Shown here: positions 27,278 to 32,000 of the stretch, piece after piece | Layout of the letters: each line of letters begins with the position of its first letter | Numbering within the stretch: the stretch's first letter is position 1 | Source of the DNA: Acinetobacter wanghuae | GTDB lineage: Bacteria; Pseudomonadota; Gammaproteobacteria; Pseudomonadales; Moraxellaceae | Assembly: GCF_009557235.1 (NCBI RefSeq) | Contig: NZ_CP045650.1 | Coordinates: 780,001 to 812,000 of the forward strand | DNA length: 32,000 nucleotides | Direction of reading: 5' to 3' | Position numbers and translations under genes: made by a program | The notes under the pieces: model-generated | What the model saw: only the letters and a program-made list of their open reading frames with translations | Database searches by the model: none | What the model was told of the DNA's origin: nothing

Positions 27278-28900
27278 ATGAATTCTAATCAAACTCCCGT
27301 AGATACTGCACAACAATCGACCTCTTCGCAGTCGTCGACCAATGTTCATGTGCCCACACCGAAATTTTTTATGCCGGTGTTTTTAACCCTCATTATTTCT
27401 ACGCTGATTTATATTGGCTTTCAATTGTCGGCAGATTTGTCGCATGTTCCAGCGCTTAATCTCTATACCCTCGTGTTACTTGCAACAGCATTATTCATTG
27501 CCTTAGGCTTTGAATTTGTAAATGGTTTCCATGACACCGCCAATGCTGTAGCAACTGTCATTTATACCAATGCCTTGTCTGCACCTGTTGCTGTGATGTG
27601 GGCAGGATTTTGTAACTTCCTTGGGGTGATGGTGGCAAGCGGTGCTGTAGCGTACGGTATTATTGCTTTATTGCCTGTTGAACTGATCATGAATGTCGGT
27701 TCTGGGGCTGGTTTCGCGATGGTCTTCGCGATGCTCATCGCTGCAATTCTTTGGAACTTAGGGACTTGGTTCTTGGGGATTCCTGCATCAAGTTCACATA
27801 CCTTGATTGGTTCAATCTTGGGTGTGGGCATCATGAACTATATTTTACACGCAGGCACAGGTGCTTCGGGTGTAGATATGGAACAGGTGATGAAAGTTGG
27901 TAAAGCACTGTTATTTTCACCACTCATTGGTTTTGCTTTTGCAGCCGTACTCTTCCTGTTGGTGAAAAAAGTCTTTCGTAAGCAACTTGAATTGTTCAAG
28001 CCACCCGAGGGTAATACACCACCACCGCCACTGATTCGTGCGATTTTGATTTTTACCTGTACCGGTGTCAGTTTTGCGCATGGTTCAAATGATGGTCAGA
28101 AGGGCATGGGCTTAATCATGTTGATTTTGATTGGTTGTGTGCCGTTGGCTTACTCGTTAAACAAAAACTTAGATCAAGAACATCTACAGTCTTTTGGGCA
28201 ATTGTCTGCACAAACTTCGCAAGTGATTTATGCAAATCATGAGGAAATTCCAGACGAAGTGGCACGCGAAACCATTACCAAATACATTCAAACCAAAGAA
28301 ATCACGCCTGATGTTGTGCCAGCATTGGCAAGTCTCACCGATCATTTGGGTGAAAAAGTAGGTTCATATCAGAACATTAAAGATGTGCCTGAAGCGCAAG
28401 TTTCAGAGTTCCGTAATGATATGTACTTAAGTTCAACGGCCTTTAAACGTCTTGATAAAGCAGATGCATTGCCAGCCATGACGGAAACACAAGAGCAAAC
28501 AGTTAAAGCGTATCGTAATAATCTTGATTCGTTCTTACAGTACATTCCAACATGGGTAAAAGTGGCAACAGCATTGGCACTTGGCTTGGGTACAATGGTG
28601 GGTTGGAAGCGCATCGTTGTGACTGTGGGTGAGCGTATTGGTAAAGAGCATATGACTTATGGTCAAGGTATGTCTGCTGAACTTGTCGCAATGTCGACGA
28701 TTGCGGCGGCAGATGGTTTTGGTATGCCAGTTTCCACCACACACGTATTAAACTCTGCAGTGGCAGGTACGATGGTGGCGAATAAGTCAGGTTTGAACTT
28801 CCAAATGGTGAAAACTATTCTTTCAGCTTGGATCTTCACACTACCTGCAACGATCTGTTTATCAGGTGGTTTGTATTGGTTATTGCTGAAAGTATTCTAA
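27278..28900 (+). CDS. pitA: PiT-family inorganic phosphate transporter
   Basis: The 540-aa polytopic protein has the duplicated PiT signature: GFHDTANAVATVIYT near the N-terminus and a related STTHVLNSAVAG segment near the C-terminus. A large central hydrophilic loop separates them. Confidence 0.88.
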   Translation: MNSNQTPVDTAQQSTSSQSSTNVHVPTPKFFMPVFLTLIISTLIYIGFQLSADLSHVPALNLYTLVLLATALFIALGFEFVNGFHDTANAVATVIYTNALSAPVAVMWAGFCNFLGVMVASGAVAYGIIALLPVELIMNVGSGAGFAMVFAMLIAAILWNLGTWFLGIPASSSHTLIGSILGVGIMNYILHAGTGASGVDMEQVMKVGKALLFSPLIGFAFAAVLFLLVKKVFRKQLELFKPPEGNTPPPPLIRAILIFTCTGVSFAHGSNDGQKGMGLIMLILIGCVPLAYSLNKNLDQEHLQSFGQLSAQTSQVIYANHEEIPDEVARETITKYIQTKEITPDVVPALASLTDHLGEKVGSYQNIKDVPEAQVSEFRNDMYLSSTAFKRLDKADALPAMTETQEQTVKAYRNNLDSFLQYIPTWVKVATALALGLGTMVGWKRIVVTVGERIGKEHMTYGQGMSAELVAMSTIAAADGFGMPVSTTHVLNSAVAGTMVANKSGLNFQMVKTILSAWIFTLPATICLSGGLYWLLLKVF

Positions 28901-28912
28901 TCTTTCACTTAT

Positions 28913-28944
28913 AAAAAAACGCTGCTTTGGCAGCGTTTTTTTTT
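28913..28944 (+). terminator. Rho-independent terminator of the phosphate transporter gene
   Basis: CGCTGC (28920-28925) pairs with GCAGCG (28930-28935) around a TTTG loop, and a T9 run follows. Confidence 0.85.
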
Positions 28945-28957
28945 GGATCATAGAAAA

Positions 28958-28992
28958 GTCCTCTCCATTTGGGAGAGGACTTAGGAGAGGGA
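28958..28992. repeat. REP-like three-arm element
   Basis: GTCCTCTCC (28958-28966) pairs with GGAGAGGAC (28972-28980), followed by TTA and a third arm GGAGAGGGA. The layout matches 22981-23010. Confidence 0.55.
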
Positions 28993-28998
28993 ATAATA

Positions 28999-30540
28999 CT
29001 ATTTTCCAAACTTTTTCATTAAGCCTTTCGGCAGTTTCTCTTCTGCAAAACCATATAAGGCTGCAAAGGGCAGTGCAGTACGGGCTAAATAGGCAACACG
29101 CCATAAACCGCCATGATTAGCCCCGTGCATCATTAATTCTAAAGGATGGTTCAGTTTGACTTCTGGATTGGCAACGGATTCAGCATTGCGCAGATCATGA
29201 ATCCAAAGTGCGGCCATAATCGCATTAGTCGTCTCTGGTGCAAACGATTCCACATCAAATAAACGTGCACCACTAAATGCAGCTTTGAGCAGGGGATTTT
29301 TGGTCACTGAATGTGTGGTGGTCGACGGTGCAATATTAATACTGACACGTTGACCGTTTTCTCGCGCTAAAGTGGCACGCCATTGTTGAATGCGTTTTGC
29401 CAAAGCATAGTTTGGACCTTGTTCAACCACTAAACAGTCACAGATCCCGTACGATGCTTCACCGCTTTGAATCAACTGGTGATCATTTTTCTGAAAGAAA
29501 GATTCTCTTGAGAGCGTCGCAATACCTTTTGAAATCAGTGAATGTGCTTTTGAACGTGCTTTGTATTTTTGTGTGGATGCTTCAATGACTTCTTGCGGAA
29601 CAGCATATACATCAGTTGGCGTACACATATACATGAGACTGGTATTGGCTTTTTCCGCACTCACATGCTGCATGATGGCATCCATCGCCATGGAAACACG
29701 CACATGTTTTTCACCGTCTAAATATGCAATTGCAGCTAAATCGAGATCTTGTTCAAACTGGAGCAGCCATTGTGCAATTTCAGGAATTTGTGTCAGTAAA
29801 TTTGCACCTAATTTTTCTTTTAATACGTCAATTGCAGTGTCTGCATCAAGCTTTTCTGTACACGGTGCATAAAGGGTGGCATTCCCTGCACTCACTGTGT
29901 CTAGAATTTTGCCCCACACCCGCGTATTGGGTAAGTCGACCGCGACAATATTGGCTTTCCATTTGGCTAACCATGTGAGTGGACCTGCTTCTGAGGCAGC
30001 ACCAAATAAAACAGTGGTGCGATCAGACAAGTCAAACCATTCAGGATGGGCAATACATTGGCGTAGTGCATCTGCATGTGAGGCTTCAACAATACCGCGC
30101 TCTTGCCATTGCTGAATTTGCTTAAGCAGGGCATCCCCTTGTAATTTTTGTCCGTGATAGGGAACGTACCATTCAGGTGCTTGAGTAGAACGCCCTTGAA
30201 GCACATAAGTCTCTAAGGTTTGCGTTGGTAAAGACATCACATCTTTAAGGATATATTTCTGTCCATCACGATAAAATTCAAAAATTGCATGTGCGTGTTG
30301 CAAGCCTGCTTTTGCGATTTCTAATGCAGACTCAGAAGACTGCAGTCCATGCTTCACTAAATTTTTAAAATGGCGTGGGTAGTGTTTACGCCAGTTTTTT
30401 TCAGCACTTGCTTGCGCGGATGAGTTTGGGTCAACGTGTGCTAAAGCGGCTGCAACAATGGAACGTCCAACTTGAGAACTACTTGGTTTTTGTTGATTTG
30501 GAGCAAGGGGGAATTGAAGACCATCGATCGATGTTGACAT
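28999..30540 (-). CDS. Hypothetical 513-aa protein (family not recognised)
   Basis: This long ORF has host-like composition. The only hint is a weak beta-alpha-beta-like segment, VLFGAASEAGPLTWLAKWKANIVAVDLP. Confidence 0.5.
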   Translation of the reverse strand: MSTSIDGLQFPLAPNQQKPSSSQVGRSIVAAALAHVDPNSSAQASAEKNWRKHYPRHFKNLVKHGLQSSESALEIAKAGLQHAHAIFEFYRDGQKYILKDVMSLPTQTLETYVLQGRSTQAPEWYVPYHGQKLQGDALLKQIQQWQERGIVEASHADALRQCIAHPEWFDLSDRTTVLFGAASEAGPLTWLAKWKANIVAVDLPNTRVWGKILDTVSAGNATLYAPCTEKLDADTAIDVLKEKLGANLLTQIPEIAQWLLQFEQDLDLAAIAYLDGEKHVRVSMAMDAIMQHVSAEKANTSLMYMCTPTDVYAVPQEVIEASTQKYKARSKAHSLISKGIATLSRESFFQKNDHQLIQSGEASYGICDCLVVEQGPNYALAKRIQQWRATLARENGQRVSINIAPSTTTHSVTKNPLLKAAFSGARLFDVESFAPETTNAIMAALWIHDLRNAESVANPEVKLNHPLELMMHGANHGGLWRVAYLARTALPFAALYGFAEEKLPKGLMKKFGK

Positions 30541-30663
30541 GCAAAATATCTCGTGCGTAATCGCAATTAATATACAGATGTATACATTATCGCTGCTAAC
30601 TTTAGCACTCGATTGGCAATAACTGCCAACTGTATGGTTAATTTATTACGAGATATTTCAATT

Positions 30664-30686
30664 AAAAAAAGGAAGCAAAGCTTCCT
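30664..30686 (-). terminator. Rho-independent terminator of the binding-protein gene
   Basis: AGGAAGC pairs with GCTTCCT around a 3-nt loop. On the minus strand a T7 run follows (A7 at 30664-30670 on plus). Confidence 0.7.
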
Positions 30687-30708
30687 TCTAGAGTGTTTTA
30701 AACCAACC

Positions 30709-31647
30709 TTACTTGATTGCTTGAATCAATTCTTGAAGCATAAATGCAGTATTGTTTAAGCCTGCACCGGTAATGTACCAAGCATCAGCATTTACATAGA
30801 TGACTTTTTTATCCTTTAAAGCTTGAGCATTTTTAAGGGCTGGGTGCTTCAAAATATTCTCTTGTGCAGTGTACTTTTGAGTATTGACAGCACCACGATC
30901 TAAAACAATGATGTAATCTGGATTTTTTGCGATTGCCGCTTCAAGGCGTTTGAGATTGGCTTCAGCGATTTTTAAAGCCTCAGGACTACCTGCTTCAGGA
31001 CGGGGTGCATCCGATTTTTCAGATAAGTCTAAAACAGACTTCAATCCGGCAAAATCATAAACAAAGCCAAAACGATCATTTTCTGCATGCGGCATAAAGT
31101 TTTGACCGACAGCAAACAGCATAAGAGCAGATTGCCCCTTGGTTTTTGCTTTAAGCGCTGCTTGTAACTTCGCAAGCTGTGCTAATTTTTCATTTGCAAT
31201 TTTTTGTTGACCAAATGCATGAGCAAGCGTATTCGTGCGCTCTTCTAAATTTGACATATAGTTCGAGGTGTCAGGCGATAAATCTAATGTTGGTGCAATC
31301 GTTTTTAAGCTTTCGGCTTTAGAGGCAGAGCGACCACCCACAATAATTAAGTCAGGCTTGGCTTGTTTTAAGACCGCTAAATCTGGCTCAAAAAGTGAAC
31401 CTGCCTTGGTGTATTGTGCAGTCTGATAGCGACTCAAATCACCATGATAACTTGAATTTGGAACGAGTTTGGCATCAATGCCTAATGCATTTAAAGTATC
31501 TAAAGCAGATAGGTCATATACCGCCAAAGTTTTAGGTATTTCTTTTAAAGCAACAACTTGGTCTTTATATTTAAAGTCCACTTGTGCGGATGCCGCACCT
31601 ATAGTTCCCAAGCCTAATAACATTAAAATAGTCAGTTTTTTTAACAC
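30709..31647 (-). CDS. Periplasmic siderophore/iron-chelate ABC-transporter substrate-binding protein (Peripla_BP_2, YclQ/CeuE-like)
   Basis: The signal peptide is MLKKLTILMLLGLGTIGAASA/Q. Segments PKTLAVYDLSALDTLNALGI and KPDLIIVGGR follow the cluster-A binding-protein pattern. Confidence 0.75.
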   Translation of the reverse strand: MLKKLTILMLLGLGTIGAASAQVDFKYKDQVVALKEIPKTLAVYDLSALDTLNALGIDAKLVPNSSYHGDLSRYQTAQYTKAGSLFEPDLAVLKQAKPDLIIVGGRSASKAESLKTIAPTLDLSPDTSNYMSNLEERTNTLAHAFGQQKIANEKLAQLAKLQAALKAKTKGQSALMLFAVGQNFMPHAENDRFGFVYDFAGLKSVLDLSEKSDAPRPEAGSPEALKIAEANLKRLEAAIAKNPDYIIVLDRGAVNTQKYTAQENILKHPALKNAQALKDKKVIYVNADAWYITGAGLNNTAFMLQELIQAIK

Positions 31648-31720
31648 GATGTCTTACCCTCGAAATAGCCTAAGAGTAACATAATTTCATTAAATGAAAA
31701 TCATTTACATCTATAAATTT

Positions 31721-31748
31721 AAAAAGAAGGGATCTGATGATCCCTTCT
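31721..31748 (-). terminator. Rho-independent terminator of the rhomboid-like gene
   Basis: AGAAGGGATC (31725-31734) pairs with GATCCCTTCT (31739-31748) around a TGAT loop. The minus-strand T run corresponds to AAAAA at 31721-31725 on plus. Confidence 0.65.
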
Positions 31749-31755
31749 TATATAG

Positions 31756-32000
31756 TTATAAAAATGGAACTTTAGCCAATTGTTGTAAAAAGTGAGGAAT
31801 CAAACGTGGTTCAATAATAATGGTGACAATGACACCATAAGCCGCACCCCAAAGATGGGCACTGTGGTTAATATTAGAGTTGCCTTTTTTACCTGACCAA
31901 ATGCTATATGCGACATACAGCACAGCGAAAATAATCGCTGGCACAGGAATAAAGAACACAAATATTAACTTCCACGGCTGAAACAGGATATATGCGAATA
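31756..32000 (-). CDS. Rhomboid-family intramembrane protease, C-terminal part (the N-terminus lies beyond the window end)
   Basis: The frame is open through to position 32000 (hand check: ...FAYILFQPWKLIFVFFIPVPA...). Two TM helices are present, together with a histidine motif NHSAHLWGAAYG that resembles the rhomboid TM6 AHxGGxxxG motif. Confidence 0.5.
   Translation of the reverse strand, partial: FAYILFQPWKLIFVFFIPVPAIIFAVLYVAYSIWSGKKGNSNINHSAHLWGAAYGVIVTIIIEPRLIPHFLQQLAKVPFL

Noticed and set aside
27562-28744. 69-90-aa antisense ORFs inside the phosphate transporter gene
   Set aside because: They are shadow ORFs of a gene with clear PiT signatures.
29397-30560. 61-103-aa ORFs overlapping the 513-aa hypothetical gene on both strands
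   Set aside because: They overlap a much longer uninterrupted ORF and are Cys/Ser-rich with no motifs.
1-32000. CRISPR arrays, tRNA or rRNA genes, prophage or integrase genes
   Set aside because: Reading the intergenic regions showed no regularly spaced direct repeats, no tRNA-like cloverleaf candidates and no integrase or recombinase ORFs. This was a visual scan only, not a covariance-model search.

Overview
The window looks like a chromosomal segment from an AT-rich gammaproteobacterium. Gene content and the GGGAGG/CCTCCC palindromic intergenic repeats suggest Acinetobacter or another Moraxellaceae member, but this is recognition only, with no search run. Most of it is housekeeping: putP (partial), an SPFH/NfeD pair, a patatin-like lipase, a PlsC-type acyltransferase, an AmpG-like MFS transporter, a porin, valS, an SDR, a glutaminase-STAS fusion, a fused dihydroxyacetone kinase, metH, a PiT phosphate transporter, a siderophore-type binding protein and a partial rhomboid. 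Two small, very AT-rich accessory insertions stand out. (1) At 10050-13225, between a J-domain gene and valS, lies a two-gene ABC-type ATPase + HNH nuclease module. Its architecture matches the Septu (PtuA/PtuB) anti-phage system. The ATPase gene is split by a 1047-bp IS30-family element, and removing the IS plus one copy of its 3-bp target duplication restores a 483-aa reading frame. (2) At about 21700-22980, between the dihydroxyacetone kinase gene and metH, an orphan gene encodes a coiled-coil protein with two topoisomerase-type zinc ribbons. It is bracketed by near-identical palindromes, and a T7 tract appears to separate it from a well-placed upstream start. Smaller observations are a frameshifted HAD hydrolase, a Pho-box-like site upstream of the phosphate transporter, and a family of three-arm REP-like repeats. 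No tRNA, rRNA or CRISPR array was seen. All functional calls rest on motif recognition in the supplied translations and on hand translation.
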